A stretch of DNA of 64,000 nt from Vicinamibacterales bacterium (GTDB taxonomy: Bacteria; Acidobacteriota; Vicinamibacteria; Vicinamibacterales; UBA8438). A program made the translations under genes and the position numbers. The DNA lies in contig OZ241843.1 of NCBI GenBank assembly GCA_965202695.1, positions 436,781-500,780 of the forward strand, given 5' to 3'. The first letter of the stretch is position 1, and every line of letters begins with the position of its first letter. The notes beneath the pieces were generated by a model. It worked only from the letters and a program-made list of their open reading frames with translations, was not told the origin of the DNA and searched no databases. Shown here in pieces: positions 18,790-29,027 of this stretch.

Positions 18790-20985
18790 TCAGTTCGAGG
18801 TGACGAGCGCGCGGTAGGCGCCGTCCTGCCCGATGAGCTCGTCGTGGGTGCCGCTCTGGACGATGCGGCCTCTGTCGAGCACCACTATCTCGTCCGCGTC
18901 CCGGATCGTGCTCAGCCGGTGCGCGACGATCAGGCAGGTGCATCCGCGCCGCCGGATGCGGTCGTCGAACTCCATCTCGGTGATCGGGTCGAGCGCGGCG
19001 GTCGCCTCGTCGAGAATCAGCACCGTCGGATTGGACGCGAGCGCGCGGGCGACTTCCAGACGCTGGCGCTGGCCGCCGCTGAAGTTGCGCCCGCCTTCCT
19101 CGACCGGCGAGTCGTACTTGCCGGGCCGGCGCGCGATCTCGTCGTGGATCACCGCGCCGCGCAGGGCGTTGGTGACGTCGCTTTCCGGAATGGTCGGATT
19201 CCAGAGGGTGACGTTCTCGCGCACGTTGCCGTCGAACAGCATGACGTCCTGGTCGACGTAGGAGAGCGTACCGGTCAGGTGGCTCGGGGGAATTTCGGTC
19301 ACCGGCCGGCCGTCCATCCGCACCGTCCCGGACCACGGCGTCAGCAGGCCGCAGACCAGCTTGGCGATCGTCGACTTGCCGCATCCGGACGAGCCGACGA
19401 GCGCCACGCGCTGCCCCGGCCGGATCGACAGGCTGAAGTCCTGGATGAACGGCGGCTCCTGCTCGTTGTACCCGAACGTGAGGTTCTCGACGTCGACGAA
19501 TCCCCGCGTCGGCGCGGGCGCGTCCGGCGCCGACCGGTCCAGGGCCTGCGCCGCGCGCGCGTCCGGCTGGTAGTGCAGCACGTCGTCGAGGCGGGCGATG
19601 TCGCCCTTCACGGTCTGCAGCTCGGCGGCGAACTTCACCAGTCCGTCGACCGGCTGGAGGAAGCTCCGGGCGAGGTTCTGGAAGGCGATCAGGCCGCCGA
19701 CGGTGATCGCGCCGGCGTTCATCCGCAGGCCGCCCGCGCCCAGGATGGAGACGGTCGTGACGGACGAGAGCAACGGCGGGAGGACGTTCAGCAGGTTGGT
19801 GAGGACGCCGATCTGCTGTTGCGCGGCGAGCGCGTTGGCCTGCAGGCCGGACCAGCGCGTGAAGAATTCGTCTTCGGAGCCGTTCGCTTTCAGCGTCTCG
19901 ATCATCCGGATCCCGTTCACCGAGGCGCCGGCCAGGCTCCCCTCCTCCTTGAGCATCCGGCGGCTGCCGTCTTCGCGCGCGCGCGACACCAGGCGGAGCG
20001 CCATCAGGTTGACGGCGGCCATCGCGACGACGACCAGCGCCAGCGCCGGGTCGTAGGAGACCATGACGAAGCCGTAGATCGCCATGGTGATCAGGCCGAC
20101 GAAACTGGTGGCCAGCTGCCCCGACAGGAGCTCGGCGACCCGGTCGTTGGAAGCCACCCGGTGGGCGATCTCGCCGGCGAACCGCTGGCCGAAGAAGTGC
20201 ATCGGCAGGGTCACGACGTGGCGGAAGAAGCGGTAGGTGGCGACCAGCGAGAGCTTGATCTCCAGGCGGGCGAGACAGTGCTGCTGCAGCCACGTCAGGC
20301 CGCCCTGCATGGCGGCGGCCGCCGCCAGGCCGAGCAGCATCGGCATGACCAGGTCTTCGCTGCGCGGGATCAGCACGTCGTCCACGAACACCTTGGACAG
20401 CGTGGCGACGGCGAGGCCGGGCACGACCAGCACCAGGGTCGCGAGGACGACGAAGCCGAGCGGCGACCACGCCTCCCCCAGCCGGGCGAGCAGGCCGCGG
20501 GACACGCTGGGGGCCGAGCCGGCCCGGCGGAAATCCGGACCGGGAACGAACGCCAGGCAGACGCCGGTGAAGCCCTCGTCGAACTCCTGCCACGACAACC
20601 GGCGCGGCCCTTCGGCCGGATCGTTGACGTAGACGGTCCCGCGCCGGATACCTTCGACCACGATGAAATGGTTGAAGTCCCAGAAGACGATCAGCGGGAA
20701 GGGCAGGTCGAACAGCCGCCCCGGTTCGCGCCGGAAGCCCTGCGCGACGAGGCCGTACTCCCGCGCCGCCCGCAGCATGTTGACCGCCTTGCTGCCGTCG
20801 CGCGAGACGCCGCAACGCACCCGCAGCTCTTCCAGCGGCGCCCAGCGCCCGAAGTATGCGAGGATCATCCCGAGGCACGCGGCGCCGCACTCGGTCATCT
20901 CCATCTGCAGGATGGTGGGCACGGTCCGGCGGCCGCCGCGCTTGCGGGTGACGTTGCCCCGGAAGGCGGAAACGTCGCCGCTCAC
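18790..20985 (-). CDS. NHLP bacteriocin-export ABC transporter with C39 peptidase domain
   Basis: PTILQMEMTECGAACL, CGVSRDGSKA, WDFNHFIVV, NDPAEG (Cys/His/Asp present); GSSGCGKST, FSGGQRQRLE; GTG start inferred. Confidence 0.92.
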   Translation of the reverse strand: MSGDVSAFRGNVTRKRGGRRTVPTILQMEMTECGAACLGMILAYFGRWAPLEELRVRCGVSRDGSKAVNMLRAAREYGLVAQGFRREPGRLFDLPFPLIVFWDFNHFIVVEGIRRGTVYVNDPAEGPRRLSWQEFDEGFTGVCLAFVPGPDFRRAGSAPSVSRGLLARLGEAWSPLGFVVLATLVLVVPGLAVATLSKVFVDDVLIPRSEDLVMPMLLGLAAAAAMQGGLTWLQQHCLARLEIKLSLVATYRFFRHVVTLPMHFFGQRFAGEIAHRVASNDRVAELLSGQLATSFVGLITMAIYGFVMVSYDPALALVVVAMAAVNLMALRLVSRAREDGSRRMLKEEGSLAGASVNGIRMIETLKANGSEDEFFTRWSGLQANALAAQQQIGVLTNLLNVLPPLLSSVTTVSILGAGGLRMNAGAITVGGLIAFQNLARSFLQPVDGLVKFAAELQTVKGDIARLDDVLHYQPDARAAQALDRSAPDAPAPTRGFVDVENLTFGYNEQEPPFIQDFSLSIRPGQRVALVGSSGCGKSTIAKLVCGLLTPWSGTVRMDGRPVTEIPPSHLTGTLSYVDQDVMLFDGNVRENVTLWNPTIPESDVTNALRGAVIHDEIARRPGKYDSPVEEGGRNFSGGQRQRLEVARALASNPTVLILDEATAALDPITEMEFDDRIRRRGCTCLIVAHRLSTIRDADEIVVLDRGRIVQSGTHDELIGQDGAYRALVTSN

Positions 20986-21102
20986 GACCCGAACGTCTCC
21001 CGCGGCGCCCGCGCCGCCAGGGTGCTCGACGCCCGGCTCCGAGTCTCGACTTCGATGGGCGCCGGCGGGCCGTCCTCGGCGAGCACGTCTCCCGGTACCT
21101 TG

Positions 21103-21247
21103 CAGCCCGTGGTGGAATCCGCGCGCCGCGCCGCGCCCGAAGGGCGCCGGCGGACGCCGAGGGCTTCGGCGGACGGAGAACGTCCGGCGGGCAGGGAGCA
21201 CCCGACCGGCAAGGCGCGAAAAAGGCGCATGCCAGACATGTTCGCGG
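21103..21247. mobile_element. MITE-family partial copy (reverse) in the exporter leader region
   Basis: CAGCCCGTGGTGGAA end plus GGCGGACGGAGAACGTCC unit. Confidence 0.65.
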
Positions 21248-21248
21248 C

Positions 21249-21277
21249 AAAGTAACTACACGGCGCGCGATTGTCAA
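21249..21277 (-). promoter_or_regulatory. Sigma70-like promoter of the exporter operon
   Basis: TTGACA-17 bp-TACTTT on the minus strand. Confidence 0.6.
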
Positions 21278-21369
21278 GGTCGAACGGCGCGCGGGGCGCG
21301 CGTCGGATCGCGAGGCGAGTGCTCGTCGGCGCGGTCAGGGCCGTCGATTACGGGGGGCCGCCGAGCACC

Positions 21370-21963
21370 ATGCGAGACTGTTGGTACGGCGACGACCGCG
21401 ACGTAGTGAAGTGGGGCGCCGTCGTGCACCTCGCGCGCCGCGAGGCGATCGCCGACGTGCTGTACGCGGCCCTGTACCGGCCCGACGCCGACTGGCCGGC
21501 CCTCGCCACCGCGCGGGGGCCGGCCCCGTTGCCGGACGAGGTCGTCGGCCACTTCCGCGACCTCGACGACCTGCAACGGCTGGCCGCCGCGGCCGGACTG
21601 CGCATCGAGACGGTGAAGGAGCCGTTCGTCGATCGGGCCGCCTACTTCCGGCGCCTGTGCGGCCGGCTCGAAGGGCGCACGGGGTCGGTGCTGGTGCTGC
21701 TCGACCCCGACACCGGACTCGCCCCCGACGGCGGCGCCGGTCCCCAGCACGTGACGTCGGCCGAGGTGGCGGCGGTCTTCGCCGCGCTGCGGCCGGGCGG
21801 CGTCCTCGTCTGCTATCAGCACGCACGCCGCCAGAAGGACTGGCGCGGGCGGGCCCGGCGCGCCTTCGCGAACGCCCCCGGCGTGCCGTCGTTCGAGGTC
21901 GAGGCCCTGCGCTCGGACCTGGCCCGCGACGTGCTCCTGCTGGCGGTGAGGAAAGGAGCGTAG
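21370..21963 (+). CDS. Conserved hypothetical protein
   Basis: MRDCWYGDDRDVVKW...LVLLDPDTGL...LVCYQH; protein-like composition. Confidence 0.65.
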   Translation: MRDCWYGDDRDVVKWGAVVHLARREAIADVLYAALYRPDADWPALATARGPAPLPDEVVGHFRDLDDLQRLAAAAGLRIETVKEPFVDRAAYFRRLCGRLEGRTGSVLVLLDPDTGLAPDGGAGPQHVTSAEVAAVFAALRPGGVLVCYQHARRQKDWRGRARRAFANAPGVPSFEVEALRSDLARDVLLLAVRKGA

Positions 21964-22082
21964 CGTAGCGGTGCGGCGGGGACGCGCCGCGGGAGGTCGA
22001 AGCCGGACGGGCGGCGCGATATCGAAGTGCGGTGCGCGGGCGCGTGGCCGGCGCGCACAGACCCGCCGCGGCGTCCGCGCCG

Positions 22083-22198
22083 TCTCTGTCCGCCGGACGC
22101 TCTCTGTCCGCCGGACGTTCTCTGTCCGCCGGACGTTCTCTGTCCGCCGGCGCCCCCCTTCGCCGCTCTCCGGCGGCGCGGGGTTCAACCACGGGCGG
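22083..22198. repeat. MITE-family right end with ~4 tandem 18-bp units
   Basis: (TCTCTGTCCGCCGGACGT)n, then GGGGTTCAACCACGGGCGG. Confidence 0.7.
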
Positions 22199-22215
22199 CT
22201 GCCGGCGGTCGTCCG

Positions 22216-23853
22216 TCACATGCCCCACACGTCGATCGGGAGGCCGCCGGGCGACGTCGTCCGCTCGTGGAACACCTTGTCCCGCCAGGGCTTCTCCCCG
22301 GCGCGGTCGACGATCACCAGATGCCCCTCCCGCGCCGCGCAGCGGTCCATGTACTCCGCCGTCTGCCGCAGACCGGCGTCGACCGTCTTCTCCCGGCCGC
22401 CGTGCAGCACCTTGCACTCGACCACGATCCGGTCCGCCCGCGCCGCCCCCTCGGCGGCCCCTCCGCCGCCGGCCCGTGACGCACCGCCGCCGCCCGCGCT
22501 CCCGCCGAACCGCGGCCAGACGATCAGGAGGTCCGTGCGCCCCCGCCCCAGCCCGTACTCCCGCTCGATGCGTCCGCCGCTGTTCACCACCCGCTGCAGG
22601 AACGCCTGCAGCAGCAACTGCGGCCACGCCTCCTGATACTGGAACCGCTTCGACCAGTGCTCGGAGTGCTCCCGGAAGAACGCCTGGAACGCCGCCAGCA
22701 GCTTCCGCGCGTCCAGCCCGCCGGCAGCGTCGACGTACCACGCCGGGTCGTCCGTCAGTCCCTCCTGGACGGCCCGGGTCAACTCGCGCGGCACGACCTC
22801 CGCATAGATCGGGTTGGCGACCCGGAGCGGCGCGTCGAGCGCCACCAGGCCCAGGTCGCGGACGTACTCCAGGTCGCGGGCCGAGAAGGTCCGCTCGTCG
22901 GCGCCGCTCAGCAGCGGCTCGACCACCCGCCGCACGCGCTCTTCCCGCAGCTTGTCCGCCAACTGGTCCAGGTGCGTCTCCCGCCGCAGGATCAGGCGTT
23001 CCTGCGCCGCCCGGAACGCCTCCGCGCCGATGGGCCGCGACCGGTCCCGGCCCGCCTTGTCCTCGAAGCAGGCGTCGTACGCCAGCGCGTTCACCAGCCA
23101 CGGCTGCCCCTGCGTCCGTTCCCACACCAGCTCCTGCGCCCCGGCCGTGAACGCCTGCCCCGTCTCCGCCGTGTGCTGCCCCAGCAGCGCCGCCACCTCG
23201 CCCCGCGAGAAGTCTCCCAGCCGCAGCGACTTCGCCTTCACGTTGAACGCGCTGCCCCCGGCGACCACCGCGTCCGCCGACGCCGAACGGATGCGGTAGT
23301 CCCGCACGTCGCGCACCCCGCACAGCACCACGCTCTGCGGAAAACCCGCCGGACGCCGGTCGTACCCCGCCCGCAACTGCCGCAGCACCGACAGCAGCGA
23401 ATCGCCCTCCAGCGCGTCGATCTCGTCGATCAGCAGCACCAGCGGCTTCGCGTCCGCCGCCGCCCAGCGCGTCAGCGCCTCCAGCAATGCGCCGCCCGGA
23501 CCGTGCTTCGCCAGCACGCCGGGCCAGACGCCGTCCAGGAACTCGTCCCCCAGCTCCCAGCGCGCCCGCGACGCCAGCGCGCCCAGCACCGTGCGCATCA
23601 CCTCGGCCACGTCCCCGCGCATCGCCTGGCCGCCCTCGACGTTGCCGTACACGCACCGGTACCCGTCCGCGCGCAGCCGGTCCCGCAGCGCCAGCAGCGC
23701 CGAGGTCTTCCCCGTCTGCCGCGGCGCGTGCAGCACGAAGTACTTCTCGTCCCGGACCAGCGCGAGCACGTCGTCCAGGTCCAGGCGATCGAGCGGCGGA
23801 ATGCAGTAGTGCCGGTCGGGTCTGACGGGGCCGGCGGTGTTGAAGAAACGCAT
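22216..23853 (-). CDS. AAA+ ATPase with C-terminal PD-(D/E)xK-like domain
   Basis: MRFFNTAGPV, HAPRQTGKTS, LLIDEIDAL, GVRDVRDYRI, QGQPWLVNAL; EREYGLGRGRTDL...VVECK. Confidence 0.85.
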   Translation of the reverse strand: MRFFNTAGPVRPDRHYCIPPLDRLDLDDVLALVRDEKYFVLHAPRQTGKTSALLALRDRLRADGYRCVYGNVEGGQAMRGDVAEVMRTVLGALASRARWELGDEFLDGVWPGVLAKHGPGGALLEALTRWAAADAKPLVLLIDEIDALEGDSLLSVLRQLRAGYDRRPAGFPQSVVLCGVRDVRDYRIRSASADAVVAGGSAFNVKAKSLRLGDFSRGEVAALLGQHTAETGQAFTAGAQELVWERTQGQPWLVNALAYDACFEDKAGRDRSRPIGAEAFRAAQERLILRRETHLDQLADKLREERVRRVVEPLLSGADERTFSARDLEYVRDLGLVALDAPLRVANPIYAEVVPRELTRAVQEGLTDDPAWYVDAAGGLDARKLLAAFQAFFREHSEHWSKRFQYQEAWPQLLLQAFLQRVVNSGGRIEREYGLGRGRTDLLIVWPRFGGSAGGGGASRAGGGGAAEGAARADRIVVECKVLHGGREKTVDAGLRQTAEYMDRCAAREGHLVIVDRAGEKPWRDKVFHERTTSPGGLPIDVWGM

Positions 23854-23864
23854 GGCGTCCGCCG

Positions 23865-24659
23865 TCAACGGCGGGGCGCGAAGGGCGCGGCGCGGGCGCG
23901 GAGTCCGCCGCCGCGCACCTCCACCCGCGGCGCCGGGGTCTCCGCCGCGCCGGGCGCGACGGACACCAGATACTGCGTCCCCAGCTCGCGGCCGATGCCG
24001 AAGAGGATGTCTCCGAGCGCCGCCGGGTCTTCGATCCGCTCGAAGCGGCCGCCGGTGGCGGCGGCGAGCCGCTCGAAGTTGGGGAGGGGGACGCCGGTGA
24101 CGGCGACGCCGGAGAACTGCACGCCGTGCGCGGCCAGCAGGTCCGCGAGCCCGTCGACGTCGCCCGACAGGTCGGCGGCGCGCCGCCGGCCGCGCACCTG
24201 CGACGACGGCAGCTCGGCGCGGGCCATCTCGCTGGCCTGGCCCAGCATGACGACGACCGGGCGGGACGCGCCGCGGGTGCGCAGGTCGCGCACGGCCGCG
24301 GCGATGGCGTCTTCGAGCGGGCCGTCGACGCTCTGCACGTCGAGGACGCTCTCGTCGTCGAGCGCGCCGATCAGGCGGCCGATGCCGGCGTTGACCTGCC
24401 GCTGGGTCACCGCGAGGTTCTCGAAGACGGCCACGATCTGGACGGCGCGGGGCGCCGGCGCCGCGTCCACGACCTCGAGCTCGACCCCGCCCGCGCGCAC
24501 CGTGAAGTCGTCGCGGGTCAGGCCCGCGACCGGCGCCCCGCCGCCGTCCACCACCGTCACCAGCAGTCGGCCGGCAGACTGGGCGAGCGCCGCCGGCGCG
24601 AGGAGGGGGAGCACGAGAAGCGCCGCGGCCGCCGGCCGCGCGGAGAAGATCGACGTCAT
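23865..24659 (-). CDS. Secreted VWA-related protein
   Basis: Signal peptide; VTVVDGGGAPVAGLTRDDFTV; LAAATGGRF; ELGTQYLVS. Confidence 0.65.
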   Translation of the reverse strand: MTSIFSARPAAAALLVLPLLAPAALAQSAGRLLVTVVDGGGAPVAGLTRDDFTVRAGGVELEVVDAAPAPRAVQIVAVFENLAVTQRQVNAGIGRLIGALDDESVLDVQSVDGPLEDAIAAAVRDLRTRGASRPVVVMLGQASEMARAELPSSQVRGRRRAADLSGDVDGLADLLAAHGVQFSGVAVTGVPLPNFERLAAATGGRFERIEDPAALGDILFGIGRELGTQYLVSVAPGAAETPAPRVEVRGGGLRARAAPFAPRR

Positions 24660-24784
24660 GGAGGGGCACCTGGACGAAACGGGAAGGCCGTGGGCTGTCG
24701 GACCGTTATTACTACAGATCGCGCGCGGGTGTCACGCCGGCGGCGGCCGAGGAGTGCGCGGCGGCGTCCCGTGGGGCTGCCGGG

Positions 24785-27676
24785 TCACCCCGGGGGCAGG
24801 AGATCGGCGAGCAACTGCGCCGGGTGCGCCGCCGGCGCGGCCGCGAGGTCGCGCACCTGGTGCCGGCACGACACCCCCGCCGCCACCAGCCGTTCGTCCG
24901 CGCCGAGGGCGCGGGCGGCGGGCAGCAGCCGGCGCTCGCCGATCCGCCGCGACACGTCGAAGTGCTCGCGGGCGTAGCCGAAGGACCCGGCCATGCCGCA
25001 GCAGCCGGCGTCGAGGTCCACGACCTCGGCGCCGGGGACGCGGGACAGCAGGGCGAGGGCCGGGGGCACGAGGCCCAGCGACTTCTGGTGGCAGTGCCCG
25101 TGCAACAGCAGCCGCCGCGGACCGGGCCGCAGGTCGAGGCGGAGGGCGCCGGCGGCGAGCTCGCGCTCCAGCCATTCCTCGAACCCCACGCAGGCGCCGG
25201 CCACTTCGCGGGCCCGCCGTTGCGCGTCGCCGCGCAGCAGCGCCGGCAGGTCCTCGCGCAGGGCCGAGAGGCAGCTCGGTTCGAGGACCACGACCGCCTG
25301 CCCGTCCGCGGCGTGGGGATGGAGGCGGGCCACGGCGTCCTCCCCCCGGCGCCGCGCTTCCCGCAGCAGCCCCTGCGAGATGAGCGGCCGGCCGCAGCAG
25401 ACGTCCGGTCCGAGCGCGGCCCCGACCCCGGCGCGGCCGCATACGTCGGCCGCCGCCATCCCGATCTCGGGGTGGTAGTAGTTGGTGAAGGTGTCCGCGA
25501 ACAGGACGATGGACGGCCCGCCGGCGGTCGGGCGCGGTCGCTCGCGCCACTGCGCCCGCAGGGTGCGGACCGCCCACCGCGGCAGCGTCCGGCGCCGGTC
25601 CACTCCCAGCAGCCGCTCGTTCAGGGCGCGGACCCACGGCCGGCCGAGCCACGGGTTGACGAACCGCGCCCAGGGGCTGGCCGCGGCCGAGAGCGCGCGG
25701 ACGTTCCCCAGCAACCGCGCCCGCAGGGGCGTCCCGCGCCGGGCGTGGTAGTCGGCGAGGAACTCCGCCTTGAACCGCGCCATGTCCACCCCCACCGGGC
25801 ATTCCGCCTTGCAGGCCCGGCACTCGAGGCACAGGTCGAGCGCGTCGCGGACCCCCTCGTCGCCGAGCCCCGTTTCGCCGAGGCGGCCGGTCATCGCCGC
25901 CCGCAGGGCGTTGGCCCGCCCCCGGGTGGAGTGCGTCTCGTCCCGCGTGGCCATGTACGACGGGCACATCGTGCCGCCCAGGGTCTTCCGGCACGCGCCG
26001 ACGCCGCTGCACATCTCGACCGCGCGGCCGAGGCCGCCGAACGCCGTGTAGTCGAAGAACCCCGCCGGCTCCGGGGTCCGGTAGCCGGCGCCGTAGCGGA
26101 GGTTGGCGGCGAGGGGGGGCGTGTCGACGATCTTGCCGGGGTTGAACAAGCCCGTGGGGTCGAAGGTGCGCTTGACGGTGCGGAACGCCGCGTAGAGTGC
26201 GGGGCCGAACATCCGCTCCATGAACGGCCCCCGCACCAGCCCGTCCCCGTGCTCGCCGGAGAGCGCGCCGCCGAACTCCAGCACCAGCTCGGCCACGTCG
26301 CGGGCGATCGCCTCGAACTGGCGGACCCCCGCCGCCGTCTTCAGGTTGACGACGGGGCGCACGTGCAGGCAGCCGACCGACGCATGGGCGTAGACGCCGG
26401 TGGTGCTGCCGTGGCGCTTCACGACGTCCAGGAACCGCGCGATGTAGTCGCGCAGGCGCGCGGGCGCCACCGCCGTGTCTTCGACGAACGAGATGCTCTT
26501 CGCGTCGCCCTTCATCGCCATCGACAGCCCCAGCGACGACTGCCGCAGGCGCCAGATGCGGGCCTGGGCGGCGGCGTCGACGGCCCGCGACGCGCGGCAG
26601 GCGACGCCCCGCGCCGCGAGGTCGTCCTCGACGGCGCCGAGGCGGTCGGGCAGGTCGGCCGCGTCGTCCGCGTGGAACTCCACGCAGAGCAGGGCGCCGG
26701 GCGTCTCGCGGCCCTGCAGCACGGCCCGGCGCAGCGCGTCGAGGGCCGGGCTCTCGCGGGCGTGGTCGAGGATGAAGCGGTCCATCACCTCGACCGCCGA
26801 CGGCCCGTGTCCGAGGATCGCGGGGGTGGCCCCGAGGGCGTCGAGGAGGTCGTCGAACTCGAGGACCAGGACCGCCCTGGCCGTGGGCAGGGGCACCAGG
26901 TTGACCCGCGCCTCGACCACCACCCCGAGGGTGCCCTCGGACCCGACGATCATCTCCGCGAGGTTGAACGGCCGGGCGGGGTCGGTGAACCGGTCCAGGT
27001 TGTAGCCGCCGACCCGGCGCAGGATCTTCGGATACCGGCGGTCGATCTCCTCCGCGTGGACCGGCGCCAGCCGGCGCACCACCCGGTGGCACGCGCCTTC
27101 GAGCGTGTCGGCCGCGCACGCCGCCTCGAGTTCGTCCGGGGCCAGCGGGCGCAGGTGGGCGACGGAACCGTCGCTCAGGGCCACGTGGAGATCGAGCACG
27201 TGGTCGATGGTCTTGCCGTACAGCACGGAGCGGGCGCCGCTGGAGTTGTTGCTGATCATGCCGCCCACCGTGGCCCGGTTGGCGGTGGAGACGTCGGGGG
27301 CGAAGCGCAGCCGGTGCGGCGCGAGGCGCGCGTTCAGCTCGTCGAGCACGATGCCCGGCTCGACGCGCGCCCACCGCTCGGCCGGGTTGACCTCCAGCAC
27401 CCGGTTGAAGAACCGGGCGGTGTCGAGCTGCAGCCCCGGGCCGATGGCCTGGCCCGCCTGCGACGTCCCGCCCCCCCGCGCGGTGATCGACACCCCGTGG
27501 CGGCGGGCGGCCCCGATGGTGCGCAGCACGTCCTCGCGGTTGCGCACCACCACCACCCCGGCCGGCTCGATCTGGTAGACGCTGGCGTCGGTCGAGTAGA
27601 GGGCGCGGCTGATCCGGTCGAAGCGCACGTCGCCTTCGATGCACGCCTCCAGATCGCGCTGCAGACCGCCGGCCAC
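24785..27676 (-). CDS. FAD-linked oxidase with 4Fe-4S and CCG domains (D-2-hydroxyacid/glycolate dehydrogenase-like)
   Basis: YSTDASVY, RGGGTSQAGQ, GSEGTLG, LSGEHGDG, CSGVGAC, CLECRACKAECP, HGHCHQK, CCGMAGSFGY. Confidence 0.9.
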   Translation of the reverse strand: MAGGLQRDLEACIEGDVRFDRISRALYSTDASVYQIEPAGVVVVRNREDVLRTIGAARRHGVSITARGGGTSQAGQAIGPGLQLDTARFFNRVLEVNPAERWARVEPGIVLDELNARLAPHRLRFAPDVSTANRATVGGMISNNSSGARSVLYGKTIDHVLDLHVALSDGSVAHLRPLAPDELEAACAADTLEGACHRVVRRLAPVHAEEIDRRYPKILRRVGGYNLDRFTDPARPFNLAEMIVGSEGTLGVVVEARVNLVPLPTARAVLVLEFDDLLDALGATPAILGHGPSAVEVMDRFILDHARESPALDALRRAVLQGRETPGALLCVEFHADDAADLPDRLGAVEDDLAARGVACRASRAVDAAAQARIWRLRQSSLGLSMAMKGDAKSISFVEDTAVAPARLRDYIARFLDVVKRHGSTTGVYAHASVGCLHVRPVVNLKTAAGVRQFEAIARDVAELVLEFGGALSGEHGDGLVRGPFMERMFGPALYAAFRTVKRTFDPTGLFNPGKIVDTPPLAANLRYGAGYRTPEPAGFFDYTAFGGLGRAVEMCSGVGACRKTLGGTMCPSYMATRDETHSTRGRANALRAAMTGRLGETGLGDEGVRDALDLCLECRACKAECPVGVDMARFKAEFLADYHARRGTPLRARLLGNVRALSAAASPWARFVNPWLGRPWVRALNERLLGVDRRRTLPRWAVRTLRAQWRERPRPTAGGPSIVLFADTFTNYYHPEIGMAAADVCGRAGVGAALGPDVCCGRPLISQGLLREARRRGEDAVARLHPHAADGQAVVVLEPSCLSALREDLPALLRGDAQRRAREVAGACVGFEEWLERELAAGALRLDLRPGPRRLLLHGHCHQKSLGLVPPALALLSRVPGAEVVDLDAGCCGMAGSFGYAREHFDVSRRIGERRLLPAARALGADERLVAAGVSCRHQVRDLAAAPAAHPAQLLADLLPPG

Positions 27677-27848
27677 GGGGGGAGTATATCCCCGCCGCGG
27701 GCGGCCTCGCGGCGCGGGCGGCCGCGGGGCCGCCGGCCGGGGATGGTGGATCGTCGCGGGCGGCTCGTGGCACGATACCCGCGTCGCGGCGGGGCGCGGG
27801 CCGGCGGGGAAGCGCCGGGGCCGTCTTCGAGAACCGGAGAACGCACGC

Positions 27849-29027
27849 ATGACCTACCGAGCCGGCCGTCACTTCCTGCAGATTCCCGGGCCGACCAACG
27901 TCCCCGACCGGGTGCTGCGGGCCATGGCGCAGCCCACCATCGACCACCGCGGGCCCGCGTTCCAGGCGCTGGGGCGTGAGCTGCTCGACGGGGTCCGCGA
28001 GGTCTTCCGGACCACCCGGCCGGTGGTCGTCTATCCGGCGTCGGGCACCGGGGCGTGGGAGGCGGCGCTGGTCAACGTGCTCTCGCCCGGCGACCGCGTC
28101 CTGATGTTCGAGACCGGGCACTTCGCGACCCTCTGGAAGCGGATCGCCGAGCGGCTGGGCCTCGCCGTCGAATGGGTCCCCGGCGACTGGCGGCGCGGCG
28201 TCGACCCGGCGCAGGTCGAAGCGCGCCTGCTGGAGGACCGCGAGCACGCCATCCGGGCCGTGTGCGTGGTGCACAACGAGACCTCGACGGGGGTGGCCAG
28301 CCGCATCCCCCGCATCCGCCGCGCCATCGACCACGCCCGGCACCCCGCCCTCTTCATCGTCGACACCATCTCGTCGCTGGGGTCCATCGACTACCGGCAC
28401 GACGAGTGGTCGGTCGACGTGACGGTGGGGGCGTCCCAGAAGGGGCTGATGCTGCCGCCGGGGCTCGCCTTCAACGCGATCGGCGAGAAGGCCCTGTCGG
28501 CGCACGGCCGCGCGGCCCTGCCGCGCGCCTACTGGGACTGGAGCGCGGTGCTCGCGGCCAACGAGAAGGGCTTCTTCCCCTATACGCCGGCCACCAATCT
28601 CCTGTACGGGCTGAAGGAGGCGCTGGCCCTGCTGCGGGAAGAAGGTCTGGAACAGGTGTTCGCCCGGCACGCGCGCCACGCCGAGGCCACGCGCCGGGCC
28701 GTGCGGGCGTGGGGCCTGGAAATCCTGTGCGCCGACCCCGACGAGTACAGCGCGTCGATAACCGCGGTGATGATGCCGCCGGGGCACGACGCGGACCACG
28801 TGCGGCAGGTGGTGCTCGACCGTTTCGACATGTCGCTCGGGGTCGGGCTCGCCAGGCTCTCCGGCGCCGTCTTCCGCATCGGCCATCTCGGCGACCTGAA
28901 CGACCTGAGCCTGCTCGGCACGCTGGCGGGGGTCGAGATGGGCCTGCGGCTCGCCGCGGCGCCGGTCGCCGCGAGCGGCGTCGAGGCGGCGATGCGGTAT
29001 CTCGAAGAGCAGGCGCGGCCGGCCTGA
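27849..29027 (+). CDS. Class V PLP aminotransferase (serine/alanine-glyoxylate aminotransferase-like)
   Basis: FLQIPGPTNVPDRVLRAM, SGTGAWEAAL, VHNETSTG, DTISSL, ASQKGLMLPPG, FRIGHLG. Confidence 0.92.
   Translation: MTYRAGRHFLQIPGPTNVPDRVLRAMAQPTIDHRGPAFQALGRELLDGVREVFRTTRPVVVYPASGTGAWEAALVNVLSPGDRVLMFETGHFATLWKRIAERLGLAVEWVPGDWRRGVDPAQVEARLLEDREHAIRAVCVVHNETSTGVASRIPRIRRAIDHARHPALFIVDTISSLGSIDYRHDEWSVDVTVGASQKGLMLPPGLAFNAIGEKALSAHGRAALPRAYWDWSAVLAANEKGFFPYTPATNLLYGLKEALALLREEGLEQVFARHARHAEATRRAVRAWGLEILCADPDEYSASITAVMMPPGHDADHVRQVVLDRFDMSLGVGLARLSGAVFRIGHLGDLNDLSLLGTLAGVEMGLRLAAAPVAASGVEAAMRYLEEQARPA

Noticed and set aside
16000-21255. Very long alternative-frame or antisense ORFs (e.g. 16000-21255+, 24732-29093-, 41771-45763+, 52557-56672-, 57054-61559-)
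   Set aside because: Arg/Pro/Gly/Ala-rich shadows of real genes, expected at this GC content; no motifs
22083-22150. 18-bp tandem repeats as a possible CRISPR array
   Set aside because: Head-to-tail with no spacers and no cas genes; part of the MITE interior
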